The notes: generated by a model from the sequence alone, not told the origin. Counted from the whole stretch's first letter, positions 13,762 through 27,944 are shown. The stretch: DNA of 63,733 nucleotides, filler included, from Octopus bimaculoides (GCF_001194135.2; 5 parts of 5 records of this genome joined end to end with filler, not necessarily neighbours in it), one strand, 5' to 3'. Program-made: numbers and translations.

Positions 13762-15250
13762 ATCTACACTTATGTATATATATATATATATGTTTGTGTA
13801 TGTATGTGTTTATATATATATATATTTTTTTTTGTCTATTATTTTTACTGAACTGTATTTATCGTAAAATGTACTTTAAATATAAACAATAATGCTATAG
13901 GTCTATACCTAGTCATATTTTATAGTAATTTCTAAGAAATAGCAAATTAGATAAAAACTGAAGTCGGGTTGTAATATTCGACTAATGAATAGTCCAATTA
14001 TTTGAAAACCTGATAGATGTAACCTCGTTCGTCAATGTTCTGGGTAACACAGTATGCCTGATTGTGGACCATATTTCATTTTGCGCCGACGAGCAGTCGA
14101 AGATTCTCCTTGCATAGTAAAAATGCACTTCAGTGACTATACACAAAGCTCAACAGCCCAGATTGCACAGATTAAATCTTTTGTTCACTTGCAGATGCTA
14201 GTAGGCTGTGTAATTTTCATATGGATTTAACAACTCGTACCCTCTAATATGGAACCGGTGAAGGTAAAAGAATACGATGGTGCATAATCCTAACAATAAC
14301 GCAGATGAGTATATTCTCTTAGAAGCTCCTTTCTTGTCAATCACGCATTCGTTTCATTAACGAAGTCTGTGTATGATTAATTTATTAATGATTTACTTGT
14401 CACATTTTAATGCCAAACCACCGTGATAATCGAGGGTAGATGTATTAAATTATTATACGCCATCACTTTGCTTAACACTGGTCATAACCCATATATGATA
14501 GAGAAAATATATTTCTTTATATTTTGTACAAACTTGTATTTCAAAATAAATAACAAATGCTATATTTTTTAAATTACATTAAATCTTTTATTTTTTTCTT
14601 AATGTTTCTACTAATAAAATATTTCTAGAATGCTTTAACTAGTATGAGCTGAATTTTGTTATGGAATCTTTTGTTGATGTTTTACAAATGAAGTGTGGGT
14701 TATTTTAAGGAGGTCATACAACAGACGCTTTTTTGCAGCATGTCTGATGATTCAATAGGGTTTAAATTTATATTTTGCAAGCGATATCATCATTAATTCA
14801 GTTTTATGTCAGAATTTATGAGTGTAATAAAATTTTGAACGAAACTTATCAAAAGACTTAATCTTTTGGCACAAAGTAGTGTAAAAGTTAATAGCATTAG
14901 AAACTCGTTAAATATATAGAATTTTTAATGTTTTATTTTTCAACTGATTTTAACGTATCTTTGAAAATTCAACACTATATAAACCTTCAGTTCCTCTGTT
15001 AAAGCAATTCTCATTCAATATACATTCATCGAATGAACTACCCACAGTAATGATAGAATGGTAGAGGCTTTACGCTTGCGGAATCTATAGCAACCTTCTT
15101 CTAGCTAGGATTTTACTTCCATCATTCGTTCAACTCATATTTGACTTTTAGCCCTTAAGTCAAGTACTATAGTCGATTAAATGACAATAGCGCACCACAG
15201 CAACTAATCAGTATTGTGCCAATATAATGAAAGAGTTACTATATTTGATA

Positions 15251-15558
15251 TTCTTCTTCTTGCCTTTAACCCTCCAACGCGGAGTATAGGCCACTTATAA
15301 TTGAATTCCATGTCGCATAATTTTTCGCTTCTGTACTTATACTCTGCCATGAATGTCCCCCTTTCTCTAGTTCCTTTTGTGTTGATCTACGCCACGAGTT
15401 CTTAGGCCTACCCCTCTTTCTATATCCATCAGGATTCCATTGTAAAGCACTTTTCGCTACATTTGGTGTGTCTTTTCTAATTGTGCTACCAATTCACTTC
15501 CATTTTTTTTTTAATATTTGTTCCCTAATCGAAACTTGATTCGTTCTTTGCCATACGT
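15251..15558 (-). mobile_element. RTE-clade LINE, 3' end of ORF plus (GAA)n tail
   Basis: Minus-strand translation gives WQRTNQVSIREQILKKKWK*IGSTIRKDTPNVAKSALQWNPDGYRKRGRPKNSWRRS, a typical RTE C-terminus. It ends in GAAGAAGAA. Confidence 0.8.
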
Positions 15559-15845
15559 ATTTTGGCAGTAAGTTAACGTTCTCAGGCTCCACCGACGAAG
15601 ATATTAAGACGAGAATAAGTAAGGCAAGGACGGCTTTTCACCTCTTAAAAAAAGTATGGAGCGCAAGTGTAATTTCAATAAAGAACAAAATAAGAATTTT
15701 TAACACTAACGTAAAAGCGATGTTATTGTATGGGGCTGAGGCATGGCGAACAACAGTTAAGTCAAATAAGCAAATGCAATCATTCATCAACAGGTGCTTG
15801 TGTAGTATACTTAAAATCAGATGGCCCGAACACATAAGCAATATA
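15555..15845 (+). mobile_element. RTE-clade LINE reverse-transcriptase C-terminal segment (inverted 5' part of the same insertion)
   Basis: An open frame reads TYFGSKLTFSGSTDEDIKTRISKARTAFHLLKKVWSASVISIKNKIRIFNTNVKAMLLYGAEAWRTTVKSNKQMQSFINRCLCSILKIRWPEHISN, matching RTE RT thumb motifs (YLGS, RIxKARxAF, LLYGAETW). Confidence 0.85.
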
Positions 15846-17724
15846 TAAATGTTCAAGTCAGCAATTAGTGATTGCAATAGATTAGTTTCAGTGTATGCAA
15901 ATATATGTGAGGGAGTATAAATTTGTATGTATATGTGTGCATGCATATTTGTGTTTGATTGTGAGCGTGTATTAGTGCGTAGATAGACTGTATTGTACAA
16001 TCTAAGAAAGCCGCTCGCCCACAAAGGATAAAGGCTCCTTCGTTGGAATTTATACAGCATCAACTACTGATGTATGAGTATATGTAAGTATGTATGTTGT
16101 ATGCATATATGCATACACACTGTATGTATGTATGTATTGTTGGTGTTATATTTTGAATTGCCTACCAACGAAGAAAAAGTCGATTCCTGTCCTAGAAGTA
16201 TGGTTCTTTCATTCTAATTTAGACAATTACAGGACAACGGCTTCTATGTACGACCATCTGTATCTACATGTGCATCTACGTGTGGATATGACCATCTGCA
16301 TCTACGTGTGCATATACGTATGTGTATACATTCATACTTATATGTATATATGTATACATGTACACAAATACGCACGGTCACATGTTCGTATGTTTCGCAT
16401 TTAAACATCTATGTATGCACACGCACATGCGGTTGCAGACATCGATGTTGTTATATGCATGGGTCTTATTACATGCGAATCTTCCTGAATGATTTACATA
16501 TTTTGAGAGTACTTTTGATAGTTTGCAGCTGTAATCATTTGTTTTGCTGTGTTCTTTGCGGTTTTATGCGTCTGAGTATTTGTGCTAATGCTATTAGTCA
16601 CCATACCAACTGGTAGAAATTGTAAACTAAAGCCCAGATGGATTTAGTGCAGATTTATTTCTAAGTTGTCAGTGCTTTCTTTCCAACTAGATTGTAACAT
16701 GTTCACATCTGCCTGGGCAAGTGAGTTCAACTACTATGCATAATTTATGTATGTATGTGGTTTTGAATGCCAGCTCTGTGCAAGACATTGTAGATCTTTG
16801 GCTGGGCTAAAAAGTCACATTCGATCACAGCACCGTTAAGTTAAGCTTCGTGCAATGGCCATTCTCGATAACGAGGAGGAAGCCATCATGTATGCACGTA
16901 TGTATATCTGTAAGTATGTATGCACGTATGTATAGCTGTAAGTATGTATGCACGTATGTATGGATTTGTGTATGTATGTATGTATCTATGCACATAAACA
17001 TCTTAGTGTGTACGTTACTACTTACGTATATATGTAAGTATGTATGCTTTTTCTTTCAAATAATTCTATACGGAGTCGGCATTACTGTGTGAATTCATCT
17101 TTACACAAGACGGTGACACTATTTCACTAAATTTAAATTAAAATTTCAATAATACATGGTTGTTCTCTACCATGAAATACATTTGGTGAGCAGAATATGT
17201 GAATATTTATCAGTTGCTACAGAAAGTGTAATTCGTGTATTGAGAAAGTATCCACACCATCACCTTGGTTAAAAGTTCTTATAATCTACCTGGCTCGTTG
17301 CTGATTCTTAATCTCCTCTCAGTCGATTTATATGGTACAACACCACATATTATTAGAATAAATCGAGCATCTTATCTTCGTAGTTTGTACTTTTCTAATT
17401 TCGTTTATCTATAAATATACAGAGGGAGAGAGACTAAGAGAGGGAGAGGAGGATAGAGAGAGAATTATTTTAACATGAAATAGCTTACATAACTTCAAAT
17501 TTTAATGTACTGCAGTATATTTTACCATCTTTTAAGGTTCTTGTACATTAGCACAATTCTCTCTTTAATCGTGTCATGTGTCCAAATATTGTTTTTTTTT
17601 TTTTGTTTCAAATGATTGTACATAGTTTACTGGTATTTCATTGGAGGAATAGAAACTTTCACTTACGCGCATTACTTGCTAATAACAGCAGCCAAATCTG
17701 TCTCAGATTGTTTTACCTTCAAAT

Positions 17725-17940
17725 AATCTTTTCTACTCTAAGCACAAGGCCCGAAATATTGGGGGAGGGGGGGCCAATGGATTATATCGACTCCAGTACG
17801 CAACTGGTACTTAATTTATGGACCCCGAAAGGATGAAAGGTAATATCGACCTCGGCGAAATTTGAACTCAGAACGTAAAGACAAACGAAATACCGCTTAT
17901 CATTTCGCCCGACGTGCTAAGGTTTCTGCCAGATCGCTGC
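17725..17940 (-). mobile_element. SINE family B, near full length
   Basis: Reverse-complement match along the whole consensus. Confidence 0.85.
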
Positions 17941-18278
17941 ATTGTTTTACCTTCAAATGATAAAAATACACATTGCTTATTCTATTGCAAAACTACATGA
18001 TTTGTACGACTGGAATGCCTTTAATTCGATGACTGTTGAATCATGGTTGATTTCGGTGATCTGAGGGTGCTTGAAAAGCACTCACCTAGTCGTGTGACAG
18101 TTGACCCCACCCCACCACGTTCGTATTTTCATTATTTGCTATTGTTACACTTCTTGCATGCATCATGGTGTATAATAGTTTTCAATCATTGGATAACAAA
18201 TATTACTTCGTAAAGCAAATGTATTATTTGACCATTGGAAAACATCACATTATAAAAATCTTCAATATGTAAAATCGA

Positions 18279-18322
<44 letters not shown>

Positions 18323-19439
18323 TGCACTTCGCTACCAGTTTGCATTTATCTTTTTAAACTTTTATTAACGAAATCAAAAATCTAATTAAAACTTACTAAC
18401 AAAGAATATAATTTTATATTGCCCTAAAATGAAAACCTCTGGGATAATATATTTGAAATACTTGAGGCGCTACAATTACTGATAATTAGTAAAGTTGCAT
18501 GTAGCATGAGTGCTGTTGATTAAACATTGTTAATTTGAATTTTATTACACTTCCTATGAAATACCCCCAGGAAATTAAAATAAGAACAATTTCCACAATA
18601 TTGAAAAAACTTTAACATGCCAAGAAATGATTCACCTACTGCAATTATTATTTTCTTCTTTTGTTTGTTTGTTTGTTTGTTTCATTAGTATTATTGATAT
18701 TGCTTCTCTTGATATCAAAATATTAAAAATCACGATAATTTGAATTTCATTGAAAACATCTTACGATATGCAATCTTCTTTTCGAAGTTTTAAACACTAA
18801 TTGGAAAAGTAGCACAAGCGGAACCGGACGTTTAAACATCATTCATCAAAACGTAACTTTAAAATTACATTCCAGGTAACACAATAGCAGGTATTCACCT
18901 ATTTCTTAAGAACAAGGTATTCAAAAATTAATACAAGTAATGTCCCACTATATTTTTGTATGCCTGCATGTTTGTGTGTATGTATATGTGTGTATGCGTG
19001 CGTGTCTGTGTGCGTGTATGTCTACCTGTATGAGTATCTGTATGCATGTATGCACATGTGGGTGTGTACGTATGTATGTATGACCTCATTCTTGTCAGAT
19101 ACAATAGTTCAATTAGATTTAATATATATCATGAAGTGACTGAGAAAAATCTGTTTGCTAAATAACCACTGTTATTTTATACTTTTACTTTATACAGTAA
19201 ACAACTGCTGACGTCTTTCTATAGTATTAAATCTCGTCAGTGATGAGTATATGTCAGTGTTTTTTTCTGAAATACAGATGAAAAATACAGTACGTGATTA
19301 GAATATTGTATTATAAAAATCACTGTAATTAAAATATTATAACACTGAAATTATATATACTATTCTACACGTTATCTATATATTCCTCATATAGAAACTC
19401 CAAGATAATATTGCAGTGTCATCATTTTAGATAAGCCAA

Positions 19440-20068
19440 AACCCCTTTAATTCCTCCGGAGTCGGAGGAATGAAAGACGAAGTCTAGTTCGATTGAAGTT
19501 GAACATTGAATGTAAAGAGTAAAGCATTTTTCTACATACTAAAAATTCTTCCGTTTCCAGAATAATAATTAATATTAATCGTATTAATGGTTTTTTTCCA
19601 CTACAAGTCAGAAATTTGGTAAAAGTGGTTAATCGATTAAATCGACCTGGTGCTTTGTTTAATTGACTCTAGAAGGATGAAAGATAAATTTAACCTCCGC
19701 GGTATTTGAACTCAAGAACATACAACTGAAATAATTACAAGAAAGTATTTTGTTCGATGCGAACACATTTCTGCCAGTGAACCGCACACAAATGAAATTA
19801 TTTTACTATTAGATTTAATTTTTAATTTATGAATTTCCACAAAGTAGAGTAAAACCTTCATAAGTTACATATTGACTTCAAATTGTTGCACAAGGCCAGC
19901 AGTTTTGAGGAGGGCTAGTTAATTACATCCACCCCGGTACTCAACTGGTAATTATTTTTTCGACCTTGACGGAGTGAAAGGCAAAGTCGAGTTCGGTGAA
20001 ATTTAAACTTAGAACGTAAAGACGGGCGAAATGCCGTTAAGCTTTTTGCCTGGAGTGCTAAAAATTCT
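19440..20068 (-). mobile_element. SINE family B, three diverged copies (about 19440, 19600, 19880)
   Basis: Repeated GGATGAAAG..AAAGTCGA..ATTTGAACT motifs. Confidence 0.65.
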
Positions 20069-22019
20069 GCCTGTTCACTGTCCTAAAAGAGAAAAGCGAA
20101 CGTTCCCTCAACAGAAATTGTACGCGAACGTAAGGAGCTGGAAAAATACTGAAGATTTATCACGTGCATTGTACTACGTCTACCAGACTACCCCCTTTTC
20201 CATAAGTTATGAATTTATCAGAATTTAATTAATGAAATCAAAATTACTTTGCTATATAACGTAAATTCTTCCTTCTTATAAGTACAATTAGTCACTTGAT
20301 ATATGTTATCCTTCATTGTTAACCACAATCATTAATATCCCGTCCTGTAAATCTATATTATCCAACGTGACTCTCCACTCTAACACCCTAAATGTGATAT
20401 TAGGGTTATTCGGTTTCTATTTCTAACAGGTAGAATGACTGAGTACACGCTCCCTCTTTGGCCTCAACCAAATACAAAACTATTCAGCCTCGACCATCAA
20501 ATCTTTTATTTCTTAATGACTTTAAAACCATATTCTCCAATGGGAAATGTGTGGTGGATGTTCTTTTTGTTGTTGCTGTTCCGATTATGAAGAGGGAATT
20601 TCGTCAATAATTCAAGAAAAGATAATGGGAGATAAAAGAAGCGAAATGAACTGTCGTAAGACCTTTAAAAAATCTTAGTTAATGCTTGTTTTTTTACATT
20701 ATTTTGTCGGATCCATCACGATGCTTGATTGATTTGGGCGATTTATGCCATCACGATTGATATCTCTTACAAATCTCTGGCTTAATTATGAAAGATTGGA
20801 CCTTAGTATAATGTTCCCAAATCATTCTTACTTTTAATCTTATTTTCCCGAGTGTATACTTCTGCAACTAGTTTTCTGTCAAATCCTACATACCTCGCTG
20901 TATGTGTGCGTGTGTTTGTGTGTGTGACTGTGTGTCTTTGTATATACACATATCTGTACATATGTGTAAATATATGTATGTATGTAAGTACAAATGTATG
21001 TGTGCGTATGTGTATATGTGTGCGTGTTCAAATTTGAAGAAAACTTCAATTATATAGTAACAACTGAAAACCTAAGGAAGAACTATATGAACCCTATGGA
21101 AGGGAGTTTCCAAACTGTAATAGAGCTTTTCCCTATTTTCAGCTTTTCGAACGCACATATGGAAGCTGCTTTTAGCTGCGTTGTTGAATATTTCTGATTT
21201 AGTTCCACATTTAGAATTGTTTTGAGGTATACGTCTTTTGATTTACGTAGTCGATCATTTTATTTTAGTTCCTAACACGATCTAATAATTTTCATTGTGT
21301 TTGGATGATATAATTCTCATTACATTGCGTGTATATGATGCCGTTAATGCGATCTTATTGTTTGCTGTTCATATTTGCATTTTCTTCAATTCCTTCCCAT
21401 TATTATATTTTTAGTTTTGACATATTCGATTAAATCACATGTCCCACAACAGAGTTATCCATCTATTCTTAACCATATCATTTTTCTTGTGATGTAAATT
21501 TCCCTTTTCTGAAGAGTCGTATAAGATTTAGTGGTTGTCATCAGCTGTTAATAATTTATTATTAAATGATTTACTGAATTTTGATAATTGGCGTGAAATT
21601 TGAGTGTGACGCTTGGCCCGATATATGTTATGATTTGGAGAATATTGGCAACAAGTGGAATATTTATGCATTTTTTCAGATCTGTTGTAAGAATTTCTCT
21701 GTAACGCAGGGAGCTTAATCTCCATTGTCTTGTTTATAGTATAATTTACGACGTTGTTGGAATATTTCTGTTATTGAAGGAATATATTTAGGTCTCTCAT
21801 TAGTTTCTCTCTCCCTTCTCCCTTTCTGTACCCCTCTCTCTCTCTCTCTCACTGTCATCTACATATGTTAGCAAAATACTCGTGATATTAAGTACAATAC
21901 TCCTTTTGATGTGAGGTGGTTGGCAAGTTCTAATCAAGATATATGATATATATATATAACAATAATATTAGGGATAAAAATCCCAATTTACAGGTAAAAA
22001 CTCAATTAAATTCGATGAG

Positions 22020-22055
<36 letters not shown>

Positions 22056-22056
<1 letters not shown>

Positions 22057-24173
22057 TAGCAAATGCACCCGCTCTTTCGACGTTGTAATTATTATAATGG
22101 TGCAATCTTGTGGACGGTTTAAGTTGAATTAGCCCGCAGTTAGAATTCGTTTCAAATTGATAAGCGTAAAATGTATAATTACCATTTTCGTTAGCAGTTT
22201 ATGATATGGTATTGAGAAACTTAGGTAATAAATGAGTTCTTTTGAATGCAAATTTGGTAGTTAGTAATAAATGAAAGTCCATGAAATGGGATCGCAATTG
22301 CAGCAGGCATTAGAGATCCTATATCTTACTTGAACCGTTTTGTATCATGTATTTATTTTTCTCGTAATACCTGACACAACCGCATTGAAGCTTTATTTTC
22401 AATGAAAGTCACGAAAACACACAAATAGAAAACACACAAACAGAATAATGGCATGTACAAAAATAAATGCCAGAACATGCTTACGAGCGAACAGCGCGCG
22501 TGAAGTAAGAAGGGTAATTGAAGGTAATGTACTGTTAACAGCAATCAGGGAAATGAAGCAAAATATCAATGAAATGCTTGCAGGAGGTCTGATTGCTAAC
22601 AACTACAGTTTGTCGTAGATGTGAAGAATGCAGTAGAGCAATAACTACTGTACGGCTGCTTTGCAGACGACATTCTTTAATTTTTTTCTTCAGGAGCAAA
22701 GATAAATAAGTTGTCCGGGTGGCCAACTCTGGAGCAACCGACGTAGAACTGTCCATGTGAAAAGCACAATGTTCGAAGGTCCAGTGCCACAACTTTCAGC
22801 GACTGACATTGTGCTTTGTTAATTGTCATGGCGAAGCTGAGTTTCAGAAGGAACTGAAGTCTCTACATAGTGTAGGGGCAGTCTATTGGGGTTAGCGGAA
22901 TTTTCGGAATGAAAACGGTATCGTTTTTTCCGTGTCCCGTGATAATTTGGGCTTCAATGAAGCGAGTTCCATTGCATAGTGTGGATGCATTTAGACTGCG
23001 TAATAGGATGACAGGGCAACCAACTTTTAGGTGAAGTTCATGGGGAGCGAATCCTGGATGATGCTGGGAGGTTGACAAATTCTGTTGGAAATTGTGTAAC
23101 CTGATCGAGTTCTGTAACGGTGTATCAACTGATCTGTAACAACGTTCTTGAGAAGGAAGCTGACTGAGTAAGTCGTTGTTAAGAGTGTTGACAGCTGCAT
23201 TTGTAGGTGCAAGAACAGCTCTGTCGCGAAACCAATCTGGTTTTATGTATTCTGTTGTAAGATTTCGGTAAACGACAGAACATAAGGTATCAGGGCTGGA
23301 TTCAGTGTGGCCAATATTGGTAGTGTCAATGTATACGTTGTCACCGGACGTAATTTGTCCACTGCCGAATTTAAGTGACATTTCAGAAAACTGGGTTGTA
23401 GGGTGACCAGTCCATAAGAGTGATCTCATGTTGATGGTGAGTTGCTTCGATTGAATATGCAACCAAAGGAAGGATTTTTTTAAAGCAGGCATTATGTTCA
23501 GCAGCAGGTGTTCGTTTGGGTATAATAGACAGTTTGTGGAAAATCTACTGCTAGAAGTAGAGTCGCACCTCCAAGGATGTTGATTAATCTAAGGTCTCTC
23601 AGTGTGGCATGAAGAGAACATTTATGGGACATAGTTGCTTCATCCCAAACAATGACTTTGCACTTTTTCAAATTTGCCGCCTCGTCCGAGGAATGCATTT
23701 TGCAGCACGTTGGATTTTCTTGATGTGCTACATTGAACGGCAATTTGAAGGTGGAGTGTGCTGTTCCTCTTCCGTCGAGAAGAGTCGAAGCTATTCCTGA
23801 GGAGGCAGCTTCGCAAGAAAATCCAAGAGGAATGTTTTTCCAGTTCCACGGGGTGCGTCTAAGAAGATAATTCCGCCAGTGTGTGTGTGTGTAGATGCTT
23901 CCGAAGACGAAATTGGGCGATCATTTGATATGACTCACAAAAATCAAAAATGTCAAACTAAACATCAGATGTCATAGAGAGAGGTGTTTGCTCTGTGTCT
24001 TGCTTGAGAAATACATGTATGAATGTGTATTCATGCATGTACAGTATATGGCAGATAATGGGTGTACGTGTGTGTTTGTGTACGTGTGTCACTGATTCTG
24101 CTCATTTTAAACATACATGACAACACCTCTCTCTCTCTCTGTCTGTCTCTCTCTCTCTCTGTCTGTCTCTCTC

Positions 24174-24216
<43 letters not shown>

Positions 24217-24229
24217 GGCTGTCTCTCTT

Positions 24230-24261
<32 letters not shown>

Positions 24262-24428
24262 TCACTCACATACTCACACGCTAAAAATATGATGCGAAAA
24301 ACTTAATAAATAAAAAAAATCTATGCTATCACTCTCTCCCCCCTCTCTCTCTTTCTCTCTCTTTCTCCATCCCTCTCTCAGACAGCGACACACACTTTCT
24401 ATCTATATAAATATCGATATTTTATAGA
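22056..24428 (-). mobile_element. Internally deleted Helitron
   Basis: The minus-strand 3' end is ...GCGGGTGCATTTGCTAG|T (CTAG at 22056-22059), abutting (TA)n. The candidate 5' end is A|TCTATAAA at 24428, also abutting a TA-rich tract. The helicase remnant lies between them. The 3' end is well supported; the 5' end is tentative. Confidence 0.6.
22645..23877 (-). pseudogene. Helitron RepHel C-terminal PIF1-family (SF1B) helicase, disrupted by frameshifts and stops
   Basis: Motifs occur in order on the minus strand: Walker [137 protein letters not shown]. No HUH/Rep domain is seen upstream. Confidence 0.9.
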
Positions 24429-24700
24429 TATATACATATATATATATATACATACATATGTATATACATATGTATATGCATACATATATATATATACACA
24501 TATGCGTGCATGTATGTATGTATATATATATAATATGACTTAAATTTTAGTGTGCGTGGATGACAAACCCATACCATCAGAAATCGGTACATATAAACAT
24601 AGCCACAAACACACACACACACACACACGCATACATGTATTTATCAATATACACATATACACTTATATATATCTTAGTATATATGTTTATGTGTATGTGC

Positions 24701-24741
<41 letters not shown>

Positions 24742-25574
24742 TGATGTGATTGTGCTTGTGTTTAAATGGTTGGATGTATGTATATATCTGTGTGTGCGTG
24801 TGCATATAAGTGCCTGAGAATATAGTCACTTAATGAAATGTCTATGTATTCTTTTATTATAATTTCGGCCACATATTGCTAAATTATATGATAGCAAGTT
24901 TGAAATGTAAAAAGTAACAATTTGTTTTAAATTGAATTGTAAGCGAAAATACTTAATCTGTCACAAATGCACACAAACACACACACACACTTATATACAC
25001 ACAAATGCTTTCACACTCATTTCATTCTATAAAACCAAAAATATACATAATTAATGGATTATTACTGTTTTATATTCGTACTAAACGACTCCAGACATAT
25101 TTTATAGAAACATTGAAAGCAATCACTCTAGAAATATTTCCATATATTCCTTTGTTCTCACCGTCATTGAGCATAACTGACGTACTAAACTGAACCCTCT
25201 TATTTAGATAAAGTACTTTTGTTTGTTTTTTTTCCAACTTCTCTTTATTTTCAGTTATCGAAACATATATCACCATAACCATTTATTATATCATTATCAT
25301 TACTATCACACTATCAGTACCAATACACGCAGTACTACATGCACTATTACTAGCAACAACATTATCCACCTACATGATAATATTTTTGCCACACTTTAAC
25401 AGCTTGCGACAACTTCAGACCATAACCATCACCACCATTTTCATTATCACTCATATACATCAGTATATGCCACTTGCCCTTTGTAAATATATTTCTCCAT
25501 TCAAAACTTAATCTACTGTTATTCGTTAACAATACAGATTGTTCGTGTTTAATACAAAGTTTTGTACTATATTG

Positions 25575-25770
25575 GTTTCAAATTTTGGTACCTGGCCATC
25601 AATTCCGAGAGTAGAGACCAAGTCGATTACATCGGCCCCTATGCTTAATTGCTACTTATTTTATCGATCCTGAAAGGATGAAAGGCAATGTCGAACCCGG
25701 TGCTATTTGAAGAAATGCTGCTAAGTATTTTGCCGAGTGTTCTAACGGTTCATCCAGTTAGCCATTTTTG
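25575..25770 (-). mobile_element. SINE family B
   Basis: GTCGATTACATCG..TTATTTTATCGATCCTGAAAGGATGAAAGGC. Confidence 0.7.
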
Positions 25771-25878
25771 GTTTGTATTGTATTAATTACGGGATCTTAC
25801 AACCGCATTCTTCATACTCCTATTTAAACAAACGTAGCTTAGGGTATTCAAGTATTAATGCACAAGAATATTTTTTCA

Positions 25879-26277
25879 GGCGCAGGAGTGGCTGTGTGGT
25901 AAGTAGCTTGCTTACCAACCACATGGTTGCGGGTTCATTCCCACTGCGTGGCACCTTGGGCAAGTGTCTTCTACTATAGTCTCGAGCCGACCAAAGCTTT
26001 GTGAGTGGATTTGGTAGATGGAAACTGAAAGAAGCCCGTCGTATATATATGTATATGTTTGTACGTGTGTGTGTGTGTGTTTGTCCCCCCAACATCGCTT
26101 GACAACCGATGGTGGTGTGTTTACGACCCCGTAACTTAGCGGTTCGGCAAAAGAGTCCGATAGAATAAGTACTGGGCATCCAAAGAATAAGTCCTGGGAT
26201 CGATTTTCTCGACTAAAGGTGGTGCTCCAGCTCGGCCGCAGTCAAATGACTGAAACAAGTAAAAGAGTAAAAGAGTA
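25879..26277 (+). mobile_element. SINE family A, full length
   Basis: Head GGCGCAGGAGTGGCTGTGTGGTAAG...GGGTTCATTCCCACTGCG with A/B-box-like motifs; tail (GAGTAAAA)n. Confidence 0.9.
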
Positions 26278-26878
26278 ATCAGTCACTGATATGAAGTACT
26301 CAACATAGTTCATAATTTCAGATCTTGGAAATATAGTGGTGGTCTATATACAGTATCTAGAAAAGGTTTCCATTTCAGAAATACACTTGTCTTTAAATAG
26401 TTTTAACCGAGAATATTAACCAAATGCTAAATTTCTAAAATTCAACCCCATGCGGTTCAGGGATGATGTAGCTGTCAATAAATTTTAGTCAGATGTTTAA
26501 TGTGATGTGGTATCTTTTTACTGAGGGTTGCCTCAGTCTTTTAAGCATGAGTTAATTTGCATTCACCATCTTCATAATGCATTTCTTCATCGTCATCAGG
26601 GTCATCACTTTCCTTCTGCATGTTTTCATCCTGCATGTTTTCATCCTGCATTGCCTCCACATTCAATAATTGCAATTTCTCCATAATTTTTCGAAATCTT
26701 CTCGTTTTCAATTTACTTCCTTCGTTATTGTTCTTTTAATTTTTTTTTAGTTTTCCGTTCATTCCACATTCACTTCCTTGTTGTATTTAATTTTTCTACT
26801 AACATTTCCTTAATATTTTTATTGTTCCCAGAACATTTTCTAATTGATTTTAGGATATTTCTATAATTGTTACCCAAC

Positions 26879-27002
<124 letters not shown>

Positions 27003-27944
27003 TCACACTTTACTCAATCTTATGCTTTCTTTTTTACTCTCCCCTTAGCAAATTTTCTGTTAATCCCTGGCTGCCACACGCCAAAGAAAAACTTCTAGAT
27101 ATGTGACTGGGAAATTATTACAGTGACGAGCATCAACATCAGTACATTAACAACAATAACGCAATAACAATTGTTGCGAAAAATAAAACAGTTACACCAG
27201 AAATAAGGATATATAAAATACCCACCTTGCCCTCGTTGGTTGACGCATTACAAATGTGATAAATTACCGTTGAAGTATACCTAACCGTCTTGAAAAAGGT
27301 GATGACGCATTGGAGAATGTGTTCCGAGATATGCCCAGCCTGGAGAAAGACGTAAAGACATGGGTTAGACATAGCAGTGAAATATATGATCATAGATGTG
27401 GTCTAGGATTCAACGCTACGAATGATAAAAGTAGACTTGGCTGTAGCATCATTATAAGAAACTAACACTAATACAGATATCAGTGGCTATAGTAACAATG
27501 TAAGTTTAAAACAAAACTATATGGAAATGTCTTCCATACTGATAAAAATTGTAGCAATAATAGCATTCTCAAACACCATCACACACAAAACTGCAAAAAT
27601 ATAGCTGCATGCGCAATACTAATTGCAAAGCGTCAACAGGGAACACTGAAGCAATTACAGCATAATAAAAGCATCTTCATTGAAGTGGAAATAAAACAAA
27701 ACAATACACATATTTATGATATTTACAGCATCAGAAGCAGCTGCAGTAGCAATAGTACGGCCACCACTATCTATATGTGCAAACAACGGTAAATAACAAT
27801 TACAACCACTGCAAATGATGCAATTTGTTTATTTTACTTAGTCGGTTGACTTCATGATAGTTGAATCTGCTTCAGATCAGAGCCTATCGTTTTAAGAGAG
27901 GGATACATTGAGTATATGGGTCAGAAAGGGTATGAGAAGGAACA

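Noticed and set aside
22863-23492. Cellular PIF1 gene
   Set aside because: It is intronless, frameshifted and bounded by a Helitron CTAG terminus, and its motif wording is Helitron-type.
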